A DNA stretch of 64,000 nt from Polyangiales bacterium (GTDB taxonomy: Bacteria > Myxococcota_A > Polyangia > Polyangiales > JADJQN01), in NCBI GenBank assembly GCA_964202905.1, contig CAXNJO010000009.1, positions 152,968-216,967 of the forward strand, read 5' to 3'. The notes under the pieces were generated by a model that did no database searches, was not told the DNA's origin, and worked only from the letters and a program-made list of their open reading frames with translations. The position numbers were made by a program, and so were the translations under genes. Shown here piece by piece: positions 1 to 9,573 of this stretch (the stretch's first letter is position 1; each line of letters starts with the position of its first letter).

Positions 1-70
1 GGCCACCGACCGCACGCAGGCGGCCATCCGGCTCGCAACGGGCGAGCACCTTCGCGTCACGCAGCATCAT
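1..70 (-). CDS. Possible 5' end of a gene running off the left edge (MMLRDAKVLARCEPDGRLRAVGG...)
   Basis: ATGATG at 65-70 on the minus strand with an open frame to the window edge, divergent from the gene at 290; product not identifiable. Confidence 0.3.
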   Translation of the reverse strand, partial: MMLRDAKVLARCEPDGRLRAVGG

Positions 71-289
71 CCAGCGCCAGGGCACGGGCAGCGTCTATCA
101 GAGAGGGCGCCCCACGCACAACCGATCCGTCGCGCCCCGCCCCACGACGCGGCGGATCGCTCCGCAAAATGGTGCGGACGCGCGGCGCAAGGACGCGTCG
201 GATGTCGCGAACCGCACTGCGAAACCGCGGTACCCCGGCTATCTCCGCGTGGCCCGCGCCTTGCGTGGCGTCCGCGGCGGAGGTCGATC

Positions 290-2329
290 ATGCGTCGAAC
301 GGCAGCGCTCGGTTCCCCCCTCTCGTGCGTCCTCGTCGCGGCGGCGTGCATCCTGACGCTGCCCGCGTGCGGGCTGCTCCTCGACACCTCGCCGCCCGAC
401 CCATTCACGGGGTCAGGCGATGCCGGGGACGACCGCGACGCACGGACGGACGACGACGCGGGACGCGATGCCGGACCGACCGACGCAGACGTCGACGCGG
501 GGCCGACCGACGCAGGCGTCGACGCGGGCCCGACCGACGCCGGCGTCGACGCGGGGCCGATCGACGCAGGCGTCGATGCAGGGCCGACCGACGCAGGCGT
601 CGACGCGGGGCCGACCGACGCAGGCCCTATCGATGCCGGGTTCGACGCGGGGCCGTGCACGGGTCGTGAGGTCGACGGCGACGGTGATGGAGTCAGCGTG
701 TGCGACGGCGACTGCGACGACGCGAACGCGCTCGTCTACCCGAGCTTCGTCGAGCTGTGTAACGACGGCCTCGACAACGACTGCGCCGCCTCCACGCCGG
801 ACGCGTGCAGCGAGCGCCGCGCGGTCTACGTGTCCCAGCGCGTCGGCGCCGACACGAACCCAGGGACCCGCGACCGCCCCGTCGCAAGCATCACCCGGGG
901 CATCGCGATCGCGCGCGATCTCGGCGTCCCCCAAAGCGTCATCGTCGGTGGTGGCCTCTACGTCGAGGACGTCACGCTGGTCGATCGGGTGTCGCTGCGC
1001 GGCGGCTTCCGCTGCGCCTCGGACGCGCTCTGCGACTGGGCCTTCGATCCGATCGCCGCCGAGAGCACGATCCAGAATCTCGACTCGGACGGCATCGTCG
1101 CCGACGCGACGGTGCGCGAGGAGACGGTCGTCGAGGACTTCCGCATCCTGGGCTCGGAGCCGTCCGGCAGTGAACGCGAAGAGATTGCGGGGTTCACGCT
1201 GCTCGGCGGCGCGCCGACGATCCGCGACAACGTCATCGAGGTCGGACTCGCGGGCACCACCGCCGGACTGAGGCCGCGCGTCGTCGGCGTGAGCATCCCG
1301 TCGACGGCGGGCGGGGGCACCGCACAGATCCTCGACAACGAAATCCGTGCGGGCGAAGCCGTGATCCTCTCGGCCGCGATCCGCATGAACAGCGCCACCG
1401 GGGAGCGCACGCGCGCCCGCATCGAGGGCAATGTGCTCCAGCCCGGAGAGGCGCAGCGCTCCGTGGGCCTCGTCGCGTTCAACTCGAACGACGGCACGGA
1501 GGTCGTGGACAACGACTTCCTCGTCGGGTCGTCACGAATGGGCGTCATCCACGGCATCGAGGTCGCATCGACGATGCGCATCGCGCGGAACCGAATCCAC
1601 GTCCCTCCCCCGGCGGGCACACCCGCCCCCTCCGGCTGCTCGACGTCGGGGGCGTGGTGCACCGGGATCGCGAGCGCGAGCGCGACGCTCGTCCTTGAAA
1701 ACAACGTAATCTTCGGCCCCCCTGGGCCGCGCTCGACGGCGCTATTGCTTGGCGAGATCGAGGGGCCCGCCGGCCGCGTCTTGGTCGCCAACAACCTGCT
1801 CGACGGCGGCGGCGGCATCCCGTTCGGAACGCCGAGTGGCGGCGGCGACAAGAGCGCGGCCATGGTGTTCACGAACGGCCCCTGCGTGACGTGCACCCCC
1901 GGCGAGAGCCCGTTCGCGAGCCTCGAGAACAACATCCTGCTCGGAGGCCGCGCGACGTTTCGCTTCGGCGTCTACGAGGACCCGGTTGCCTCGGGCGGCG
2001 TCGCCCGCGACGTGTTTCCAGGCCTGCTCGCGCACAACGTGTTCTTCTTCCGCCCCACCGCCGCTGCGGCGCCGCCGGGCGTGCTGTATCGCCGGTATCG
2101 AGGCGCCTCAGTGATGTCGATCGACGACATCGCGATGGTGAACGCGCTGACCTCTCCGCTCGCCTTCGCGAACCAGCTGGTGGATCCACAGCTCGACCCG
2201 ACGTTCCACCTGCTGCCCCGCTCGGCCTGCATCGACACCGGCCTCTCCGACCGCGCCCCGCTCGACGACTTCGACGGCGAGGCACGTCCGCGCGGCGCGG
2301 GCTTCGACATCGGGCCGGACGAGTACTGA
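290..2329 (+). CDS. Secreted lipoprotein: DAG-repeat linker, Cys/Asp metal-binding (MopE-like) motif, DUF1565/pectin-lyase-like beta-helix, C-terminal choice-of-anchor-Q-like end
   Basis: GGAGG SD; signal peptide with lipobox LPAC; DGDGDG..CDGDCDD..VYP..ELCNDGLDNDC; VYVS..GADTNPGTRDRPVASI; terminal SACIDTG..DFDGEARPRGAGFDIGPDEY. Confidence 0.8.
   Translation: MRRTAALGSPLSCVLVAAACILTLPACGLLLDTSPPDPFTGSGDAGDDRDARTDDDAGRDAGPTDADVDAGPTDAGVDAGPTDAGVDAGPIDAGVDAGPTDAGVDAGPTDAGPIDAGFDAGPCTGREVDGDGDGVSVCDGDCDDANALVYPSFVELCNDGLDNDCAASTPDACSERRAVYVSQRVGADTNPGTRDRPVASITRGIAIARDLGVPQSVIVGGGLYVEDVTLVDRVSLRGGFRCASDALCDWAFDPIAAESTIQNLDSDGIVADATVREETVVEDFRILGSEPSGSEREEIAGFTLLGGAPTIRDNVIEVGLAGTTAGLRPRVVGVSIPSTAGGGTAQILDNEIRAGEAVILSAAIRMNSATGERTRARIEGNVLQPGEAQRSVGLVAFNSNDGTEVVDNDFLVGSSRMGVIHGIEVASTMRIARNRIHVPPPAGTPAPSGCSTSGAWCTGIASASATLVLENNVIFGPPGPRSTALLLGEIEGPAGRVLVANNLLDGGGGIPFGTPSGGGDKSAAMVFTNGPCVTCTPGESPFASLENNILLGGRATFRFGVYEDPVASGGVARDVFPGLLAHNVFFFRPTAAAAPPGVLYRRYRGASVMSIDDIAMVNALTSPLAFANQLVDPQLDPTFHLLPRSACIDTGLSDRAPLDDFDGEARPRGAGFDIGPDEY
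467..655 (+). repeat. Coding tandem repeat, mainly 27-bp units (DAGVDAGPT)
   Basis: Repeated gacgc(a/c)ggcgtcgacgcggg(g/c)ccga units visible in the DNA. Confidence 0.9.
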
Positions 2330-2411
2330 TTCTGATCGCGCGCAGGCGCACGCGGCGCCGCACGGGCCACCACGCTCTCCACGGACTCGAACCGCGTTAG
2401 AGTCCCGCGCC

Positions 2412-3326
2412 ATGCGTACCCAGCCGCTCCGCCCCGCGTCCGCCGTGCTCGCCGCGCTCCTCGCGCTCCCTGCCTGCTCGAAGGAGGCGCCGCCCTCGAA
2501 CGGGACGCCCGCCGAGCGCCCGCAGCCGACGACGGCGACGCCCACGGCTGCGCCACCCGCTGCGCCGGCCGCGCCCGCGCCGATTCCGCCGCCGCCCGAC
2601 GTCGCGGCGCCCCCCGCAGACGCGCAGCGGACGGCCTCGGGGCTCGCTTCGCGCGTGCTGCAGCCGGGCACGGGCACCGAGCACCCGACGACCCAGAGCC
2701 GCGTGACCGTGCACTACACGGGCTGGACGACCGACGGGAAGATGTTCGACTCGTCCATCGCGCGCGGCGCACCCGCGACCTTCCCGCTCGGGCGCGTCAT
2801 CCCCGGCTGGACGGAAGGCGTGCAGCTGATGGTGCAGGGCGAGAAGCGCCGGTTCTGGATCCCCGAGCAGCTCGCATACCGCGGCCGCGCCGGTGCGCCC
2901 GCGGGGATGCTCGTCTTCGACGTCGAACTCCTCGAGATGCAGGGGCCGCCCGCGCCGCCTCCCGTGCCGCCGGATGTCGCCGCGCCGCCCGCAGACGCCG
3001 AGCGCACGGCCTCGGGGCTCGCCTCGAAGGTGATCGCGCGCGGCACGGGCACGCGGCACCCGGGCGCCGACGCGCTCGTGGAGGTGCACTACACGGGGTG
3101 GACGACCGACGGTCGGCAGTTCGATTCATCCGTCGCGCGCGGGCGGCCCGCGAGTTTCCCGCTGAGCCACGTGATCGCCGGCTGGACGGAGGGCGTCCAG
3201 CTCATGGTCGAGGGCGAGAAGCGGCGCTTCTGGATCCCGGAGAACCTCGCCTACGGCGGCCGCCCCGGCGCGCCCGCGGGGATGCTGGTCTTCGACATCG
3301 AGTTGATCGGGATCCGCGGCGAATAG
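2412..3326 (+). CDS. Lipoprotein with two tandem FKBP-type peptidyl-prolyl isomerase domains
   Basis: Lipobox LPAC; two copies of VHYTGWTTDG..FDSS..VI(P/A)GWTEGVQLM..GEKRRFWIP..LAY..LVFD(V/I)EL, 375 nt apart. Confidence 0.95.
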   Translation: MRTQPLRPASAVLAALLALPACSKEAPPSNGTPAERPQPTTATPTAAPPAAPAAPAPIPPPPDVAAPPADAQRTASGLASRVLQPGTGTEHPTTQSRVTVHYTGWTTDGKMFDSSIARGAPATFPLGRVIPGWTEGVQLMVQGEKRRFWIPEQLAYRGRAGAPAGMLVFDVELLEMQGPPAPPPVPPDVAAPPADAERTASGLASKVIARGTGTRHPGADALVEVHYTGWTTDGRQFDSSVARGRPASFPLSHVIAGWTEGVQLMVEGEKRRFWIPENLAYGGRPGAPAGMLVFDIELIGIRGE

Positions 3327-3403
3327 CGTCTGCGTCGCTCGGGCGTGCCCCCCCCGGGCCCGCCACCATCGCGCCCCGAGCCGCGGACTCCGCAGCGCAG
3401 CGC

Positions 3404-3586
3404 TCAGGCGCGCGCGACGGTCGCGCCGTGCGCGACGGCGGGGCGCGTGCGCTCGGCGGGACGGCGCCCGACGGGCGGCTCCCACGCGAGCGCGACACCG
3501 GCGAGCGCGCCGAGCAGGGCGGCGACGGCGAGGGCGGCGACGAGCGGGGAGGCGGGCGAGGCGTCGGAATCGGGCGCGCGGTGCAA
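3404..3586 (-). CDS. Possible small membrane protein (about 60 aa, TTG start)
   Basis: One hydrophobic stretch LVAALAVAALLGALAGVALAW with GC3-rich codons; fills the gap between genes. Confidence 0.4.
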   Translation of the reverse strand: MHRAPDSDASPASPLVAALAVAALLGALAGVALAWEPPVGRRPAERTRPAVAHGATVARA

Positions 3587-3758
3587 AGGGTGACTCCGTG
3601 GGAGAGGTGGTCGGCCTCGAGCAACCGGCGTGCCGGACGCAAACCCACGTTTCACAAAGGAATTCACGCGGGCCCGGCGCGCGGCGTGAACCCCGCGCCC
3701 GCTCTGCCAACCGGCGTTCACGCTCCCCGGCGGCAGCGGGCGGGCTATCCTCGCGGCC

Positions 3759-4448
3759 ATGACTTCCCTCCGCCGCGCGCCCGGCGCCCCACGGCTGGTC
3801 GCGACGATCGCCGTCGTCACGCTGTGCGCCGGGCCGCTACTCTGCGGCGCCTGCGAAGGCCCCGCCTCCCCCGGCCCGGCGGCCGCGTCGTCCGCATCGG
3901 CTCCGACGTCTGGCGGCTCGCCAGCGCGCCCGCTGCCCACCGATCATGCCGCGCCCGAACCGACCCAAGCGCCCGGGGCAGACAACGCAGGAACCGGGTC
4001 GGGGCCGCCGCCCGAGGTCGCACGCCCCTACGACGAGAGCGCGGACGCCGACGCCGACGTCGCCGCGGCGCTCGCGCGGGCGGCGCGCGTGAACCGGCGC
4101 GTGCTGCTCGTGTTCGGGGCGAACTGGTGCCCCTGGTGCCGGCGCCTCGAGCACACGCTCACGACGGACCCGACGCTCGCGATGGCGCTCGCATCGGGCT
4201 TCGAGGTCGTGCACGTCGACACGGGTGCGCGCCGCTCGGGGAAGAACGCGGCCCTCGCCGCGCGCTACGGCGACGCCACACGGCTCGGCCTCCCCGCGCT
4301 CGCCGTGCTCTCGGCGGACGGGACGCTCCTCGCGACGCAGGAGACGGGCTCCCTCGAGGTCGGCGATCGCCATGATCCCCTCAAGATCGGGCTCTTTCTC
4401 GCGAGCATGGCCTCGCCGAGCGCCGCCGCCGAAGCGCCGGGACGCTGA
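3759..4448 (+). CDS. Thioredoxin-family exported (lipo)protein
   Basis: Signal with LCGAC; VLLVFGANWCPWC active site; GLPALAVL cis-Pro loop. Confidence 0.9.
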   Translation: MTSLRRAPGAPRLVATIAVVTLCAGPLLCGACEGPASPGPAAASSASAPTSGGSPARPLPTDHAAPEPTQAPGADNAGTGSGPPPEVARPYDESADADADVAAALARAARVNRRVLLVFGANWCPWCRRLEHTLTTDPTLAMALASGFEVVHVDTGARRSGKNAALAARYGDATRLGLPALAVLSADGTLLATQETGSLEVGDRHDPLKIGLFLASMASPSAAAEAPGR

Positions 4449-4451
4449 GCC

Positions 4452-5531
4452 GTGTCGGTGCCCGTGCGGGACTCGAAGGGACCGGTCGGCGGCGTGCGGC
4501 GCGCCCTCCTCGCGCTCGGCGCGCTGGGGCTCGCGGCGCTCGGCGTGTGGGTCGTGCTCACCTGGCGGAGCCCGCTGCCTGCGTCGCCGCTCGAGGCCGT
4601 GCCGGAGCGCTCGGTCGCGGTCGCCTCCGTGCGGCTGCGTGCGCTGCGCGCAGCGCCGGCGTGGCGGGCGCTCGTGGGCGAGGACGGTGACCGGGGCATG
4701 CGCGAGGCCGAGCGGATCTGCGGCTTCGATCCGCTCTCGCTCGTCGAGGACGCGACCCTGTTCGTGACCGGTGAAGAGGATGTCGGGCTCGAGCACGTCG
4801 GCTTCGTCGCGCGCGGCGCGGCGTTGCAGGGCACGAGGTTCCTCGACTGCGTCCGCCGCGTCGTCGCCGAGGACCGCGGCGGGGTCCGGGAGATGCGCAT
4901 CGAGGGCGAGCGCGCGCTCGCGTCCGCGCACGGCAGCGGGCGCGCGGCGTTCGTGCGGAGCGACGGCGTCGCGGGCGGCACCGAGCTGAGCGTCGCGGCG
5001 GTCATCCGCACGCTGCGCGGGGATGAGCCGAGCGCGGCGCGCGATCCGCAGCTGCGCGGGCTCTGGGAGCGCGTCGGGGCGGGCGGACGCGAGCTCGCCC
5101 TCGTCGCGCGGGTGCCCGCGGCGTGGCGGCGCGTGCTCGTGGCGCGCCTCGCCGCGCGGTCGGAACTTCGCGCGCTCACGCGGGTCGTCGCGAGTGATCT
5201 CGCGGCGCTCGTCGACGGACCGGCCGACGTGCGCGCGAGCACGTGCTCCGCGGCGCGTCGGCGGGCGCTCTGCAGCGATGGTCGACGCGGCGACCCGCGC
5301 GCGCGACGGCGCGCTCGTCGGCGCCGTGCGGCACGCCGCTCGGCCGCGCGCTCGGCGCGCTGCGCCTGCGAGGCGGGCGGCCCCGACGCGGTCGGCAGCG
5401 TCGACCTCGACGCCGCGCAGCTGCGCGCGCTCGCGGCGCTGGTCCGCGAGGCCCTGCGCCCGGCTGCGGGGGACGCTGCGCCCGCGCCGCTGCCGACGCC
5501 CGACGCGGTGCTGCGTCCGGCCCGACCATAG
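4452..5531 (+). CDS. Membrane-anchored hypothetical protein; compensating frameshifts probable at about 5240-5375
   Basis: N-terminal TM helix; the Arg-rich stretch at about 5240-5375 reads sensibly in the other frames (AMVDAATRARDGALVGAV; PLGRALGALRL). Confidence 0.65.
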   Translation: MSVPVRDSKGPVGGVRRALLALGALGLAALGVWVVLTWRSPLPASPLEAVPERSVAVASVRLRALRAAPAWRALVGEDGDRGMREAERICGFDPLSLVEDATLFVTGEEDVGLEHVGFVARGAALQGTRFLDCVRRVVAEDRGGVREMRIEGERALASAHGSGRAAFVRSDGVAGGTELSVAAVIRTLRGDEPSAARDPQLRGLWERVGAGGRELALVARVPAAWRRVLVARLAARSELRALTRVVASDLAALVDGPADVRASTCSAARRRALCSDGRRGDPRARRRARRRRAARRSAARSARCACEAGGPDAVGSVDLDAAQLRALAALVREALRPAAGDAAPAPLPTPDAVLRPARP

Positions 5532-5662
5532 CCTCGCGCCGACCGCGCGCTCTGCGCCCCCAAGACTCCGTAACCATTGAACAATACCCCGCGTCGCGCC
5601 CACGCGAAGCGCCGCACTGGCCCGTCAGCCCTCCAGCGCGGCGGCGCAGGCCCGTGAATCCC

Positions 5663-6889
5663 TCAGCGCGGCAGCGCGGACTCGAGCGCCGCGAGGAAAC
5701 GCTCGGCGTCCTCGGGATCGACGCCCTCGACGCGCAGCGCGCCCGTCGGCAGCGTGCGGAGCATGAAGGCGACGCGGCCCCGACGCCCGGCGAGGAGGAC
5801 GTCGAGCGCGAGGTCGAGACCCGCCCCGGCGAGCACGAGCAGCGCCCCGAGCGCGAGCAGCGAGGGCTCTCCGGCGCGCAACCCGTCGAAGCCGAGGAGC
5901 CCGCCGACGAGCACGCCCGCGGAGAGCCCCACAGCGCCGACGACGAGGCCGAGGCGCGGGTAGCGCACCTCCCGCGCCGCGCCCCCGAGGGCCGCCCAGC
6001 GCCAGGTCTCCGCGGACTCGCGCACGACCCGTCCGAAGAGCCGCGTGCTCCGCCGCACGCGCACGCCCTGCTCGCCCAGCTCGAGCTCGGCGTCGCGACG
6101 GTGGGCGGCGAGGGCGAGGAGCGCCCGCGCACACCACGCGGCGAGCGCCCAGCCACTGACCCAGCGGAGCCCTTCGCGGAGCGGCCCGCCGCGCACGCGC
6201 CCGACGCGCCCACGCACGCGCGCAGGCCCCGCCGCGAGCCCCCCCGCCGTGCTCGGCGCCGGACCGCGCGCGAGAGCTTCGGCGAAGGCGCGCACCACGC
6301 GGTCGGGCGCTTCGGACGCCACGCGCAGCAACTCCGCCTGCGCGGCGGATGACCCAGCCAGCGCCGCGAGCCGCGCCGCCTGCCGCGCACGCGCCGCGGG
6401 GGTGGTCTCGCCGGCGCGCGCTTCGGCGATCGTGCGCTCGGCGACCGTGCGCCACACGGCCGCCCCGAGAGGCCCGGCGAGCAGGCGATCGACGAGCGGA
6501 TAGACCGCGTAGGGCGAGGCGGTGTCGAGCCAGTCGGCGTGGCGCACGAAGCGCACGAGCAGCGACTCCGGCTCCCGCGCCGCCCCGAGCGCCGCGCCGA
6601 GCCCCACGACCCCGAACGCCGCGACGAGCGCGCGCTCCCGCGGCGTGCCTGGCCCTCGCTCGAGGACGTCGAGCAGGTTGCCCGCCGAGGTGCCCGCGCG
6701 CGCACGGTCGACGCCGTGCTCGCGCGCCCGGGCCTCGACGAACTCACGCCCCGTGAACAGCACGCGGCCCTCGGCCTGCCGCGAGAGCACCTCGAAGCAG
6801 AGCGCGCCGAGTGCGCGTCGTTCTGCGTGGGACGCCACCTCCTCGGCGGCGCGCTCGAGGTCTTCGTCCCGCGCGGGATCGTTCGCCAT
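5663..6889 (-). CDS. Hypothetical membrane protein (MANDPARDEDLE...) with C-terminal TM hairpin
   Basis: GC3-biased frame; two hydrophobic segments near the C-terminus. Confidence 0.75.
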   Translation of the reverse strand: MANDPARDEDLERAAEEVASHAERRALGALCFEVLSRQAEGRVLFTGREFVEARAREHGVDRARAGTSAGNLLDVLERGPGTPRERALVAAFGVVGLGAALGAAREPESLLVRFVRHADWLDTASPYAVYPLVDRLLAGPLGAAVWRTVAERTIAEARAGETTPAARARQAARLAALAGSSAAQAELLRVASEAPDRVVRAFAEALARGPAPSTAGGLAAGPARVRGRVGRVRGGPLREGLRWVSGWALAAWCARALLALAAHRRDAELELGEQGVRVRRSTRLFGRVVRESAETWRWAALGGAAREVRYPRLGLVVGAVGLSAGVLVGGLLGFDGLRAGEPSLLALGALLVLAGAGLDLALDVLLAGRRGRVAFMLRTLPTGALRVEGVDPEDAERFLAALESALPR

Positions 6890-6990
6890 GCGGCCTTGCT
6901 CGTAGCGCCCGGTCCCGCGGCGCGCAAACGCGCATCGCCCCGCGCCGCGCGCACTGGCGCCCGCGTGCACGGGCCGCTAGCGTGCTCCCG

Positions 6991-7635
6991 ATGCGCGAAG
7001 AGGACCGGCTCGACGCGGTGCGCGACGTCTTCGATCGCTGGGCGACGAGCGGGCGCGCCGAAGGCATGGAGCGCGGCCACGCGCCGACGGCACGGCAGGC
7101 CTTCGATCGGCTCGGCGTGCGCGCGGGGCAACACTTCCTCGACGTCGGCTGCGGCAACGGCTACGCGGTGCGCTGGGCCGCGTCGATCGACCCGACCACG
7201 CGCGCCGTCGGCATCGACCTCAGCGCCGCGATGATCGCGCGGGCGCGCGCCGAAACCCCGGCGCCGAACGCGCGCTTCATCCACGCGCCCTTCCCGCTCC
7301 CGCTGCTGCGGGCGCGCACCTTCGACGCGATCCTCTCGATGGAGGCGTTCTACTACCTGCCGGATCCGGGCTGGGGCGCGATCAGCGCGGCGCGCCTGCT
7401 CGCTCCGGGCGGCCTCTTCGCCTGCGTCGTCGACTTCTACGAGGAGAACCCCGCGAGCCACGACTGGCCGGAGCAGGTCGGCGTGCCGATGTACCGGTTG
7501 CCCGCCGCGGGGTGGCGCGCGCTGCTCGCCGCGACCGGGCTCGAGGTCGTCGAGCAGACCCGCCTGCATGCCCCCGACGCCCCGCCCGGAGACGCGGGGA
7601 GCCTGCTCACGCTCGCTCGCCGCCCGGAGGAGTGA
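6991..7635 (+). CDS. Class I SAM-dependent methyltransferase
   Basis: FLDVGCGNG motif I; GIDLS; FDAILSMEAFYY; LAPGG. Confidence 0.9.
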   Translation: MREEDRLDAVRDVFDRWATSGRAEGMERGHAPTARQAFDRLGVRAGQHFLDVGCGNGYAVRWAASIDPTTRAVGIDLSAAMIARARAETPAPNARFIHAPFPLPLLRARTFDAILSMEAFYYLPDPGWGAISAARLLAPGGLFACVVDFYEENPASHDWPEQVGVPMYRLPAAGWRALLAATGLEVVEQTRLHAPDAPPGDAGSLLTLARRPEE

Positions 7636-7731
7636 CCCCGCCGCGCCCAGCGACGAACGTGATAGAAAAGCGGGCGCAAACCCGCATCCACCGCCCACGG
7701 GCGCCCGAGCGCGTCCCCCGCAGGAGAACCC

Positions 7732-9390
7732 TTGGCGAAGCTCATCCTCGACTACGTCTACGACAACGAATCCGCCCACCGCGACCGTGTCTATCTCACG
7801 CAGCCCACCGGGGGCGGCGCGGTGGTCGACTACACGTGGGGACGCGTCGTCGACGAGGCCCGTCGCATGGCGGCGCACCTGCAGACGCTCGGCCTCGAGC
7901 GCGGTGATCGCGTCGCGATCCTCTCGAAGAACTGCGCGCACTTCTTCATGGCCGAGCTCGCCATCTGGATCGGCGGCTACACGACGGTCGCGATCTTCCC
8001 GACCGAGAACGCCGACACCGTGCGCTACGTGCTCGAGCACTCCGAGTCGAAGGCGCTGTTCGTGGGCAAGCTCGACACCTGGGCGCAGCAGCAGGCGGGC
8101 GTCCCGGCAGGCGTGCAGCGCATCGCGTTCCCCCTCGCGCCGCCCGACGCCGCCGAGGGCTGGGACACCATCGTGACGCGTACCAAGCCCCTCGAGGGCC
8201 GCCCCGCGCGCGACGGCGACGACCTCGCGATGATCATCTACACGTCGGGCTCGACCGGTCAGCCGAAGGGCGTGATGCACTGCTTCACGAACGTCACGCG
8301 CGCGACTGAGGGCATCGTGAAGGGCATCGGCTACACGGCGGACGAGCGCGCCCTCTCGTACCTGCCGCTCGCGCACGTCTTCGAGCGCGCCTACATCGAG
8401 TGCGCCTCGTTCGTGGGCGGCGGCCACATCTTCTTCGCGGAGACGCTCGAGACCTTCGTCGCAGACCTCAAGCGCGCGCGCCCGACGCTCTTCATCTCGG
8501 TGCCGCGGCTCTGGCTGAAGTTCCAGCAGGGCGTCTTCAAGAAGATGCCCCCCGCCAAGCTCGACCGGCTCCTCAAGATCCCGCTCGTCGGCCGCTTCAT
8601 CGCGAAGAAGGTCCTCACCGGCCTCGGCCTCGAGAACGTGCGGCTCGCGGGCAGCGGCTCGGCGCCGATCCCGGCCGAGCTCATCGCGTGGTACCGCCGC
8701 CTCGGGCTGAACCTGCTCGAGGGCTACGCGATGACGGAGGACTTCGCGTTCTCGCACCTCTCGTCGGTGGGCAAGAGCGAGCCCGGCTACGTCGGCTGCC
8801 CCTACGAGGGCGTCGAGGTGCGCATCAGCGAGGAGGGCGAGGTGCTCATCAAGTCGCCCGGCGCGATGGTGGGCTACTACAAGCAGCCCGAACTCACGGC
8901 CGAGGCCTTCGCCGCGGACGGCTTCTTCCGGACGGGCGACAAGGGCGAGCGGCGCGCCGACGGGCTGCTCAAGCTCACCGGCCGCGTGAAGGAGCTCTTC
9001 AAGACGGCGAAGGGCAAGTACGTCGCGCCGGCCCCCATCGAGAACCGAATCAACGAGCATCCGTTCGTCGAGCTCTCGTGCGTGTCGGGCTCGGGGCAGC
9101 CGGCCGCGTACGCGCTCGTCGTGCTCGCCGAGGACATCCGCGGGCGGATCGGCGACGCCGAGCTCCGCAAGCAGGTCGAAGACGAGCTCGCGCCCCTGCT
9201 CAAGAAGCTGAACGGCGTGCTCTCGACCTACGAACAACTCCAGATGCTCGTCATCGCGAAGGAGCCGTGGAGCATCGAGTCCGGCACGCTCACGCCGACG
9301 ATGAAGATCAAGCGCTCGCGGATCGAGGCGCTCGCCGAGCCGCACATCGCGGGTTGGTACGCGGCCAACAAGTCCGTCATCTGGGCGTAG
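7732..9390 (+). CDS. Long-chain fatty-acid--CoA ligase (AMP-binding enzyme)
   Basis: AGGAG SD plus TTG start; YTSGSTGQPKG; EGYAMTE; FRTGDKG; GRVKE; TPTMKIKR. Confidence 0.92.
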   Translation: MAKLILDYVYDNESAHRDRVYLTQPTGGGAVVDYTWGRVVDEARRMAAHLQTLGLERGDRVAILSKNCAHFFMAELAIWIGGYTTVAIFPTENADTVRYVLEHSESKALFVGKLDTWAQQQAGVPAGVQRIAFPLAPPDAAEGWDTIVTRTKPLEGRPARDGDDLAMIIYTSGSTGQPKGVMHCFTNVTRATEGIVKGIGYTADERALSYLPLAHVFERAYIECASFVGGGHIFFAETLETFVADLKRARPTLFISVPRLWLKFQQGVFKKMPPAKLDRLLKIPLVGRFIAKKVLTGLGLENVRLAGSGSAPIPAELIAWYRRLGLNLLEGYAMTEDFAFSHLSSVGKSEPGYVGCPYEGVEVRISEEGEVLIKSPGAMVGYYKQPELTAEAFAADGFFRTGDKGERRADGLLKLTGRVKELFKTAKGKYVAPAPIENRINEHPFVELSCVSGSGQPAAYALVVLAEDIRGRIGDAELRKQVEDELAPLLKKLNGVLSTYEQLQMLVIAKEPWSIESGTLTPTMKIKRSRIEALAEPHIAGWYAANKSVIWA

Positions 9391-9573
9391 CGCGCGCACC
9401 GCGACGCATGGCGGTGGTCACCGTGCCGTGACCACCGCGCAGCGCCCCGTGCGGCGGGGTCGATGCGGCCCGGGAGCGACGACGTCGCCTCCGGGCCGTT
9501 GCCCATCGCGCGCCGCGCGCCGCTCCGGGGCCGCGAGGGAGAGCCGCTCTTGCGAGCGGCGTGCTCGTCGCCC

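Noticed and set aside
467..655. 27-bp repeats (also 55292-55426 and 20360-20545) as a CRISPR array
   Set aside because: No unique spacers, in-frame coding periodicity, and no cas genes
5176..9399. 1407-aa minus-strand ORF and similar long ORFs (23595-26840, 34697-38128, 44167-46290, 52979-55078)
   Set aside because: Antisense or alternate-frame shadows of real genes in high-GC DNA; Arg/Ala-rich with no motifs
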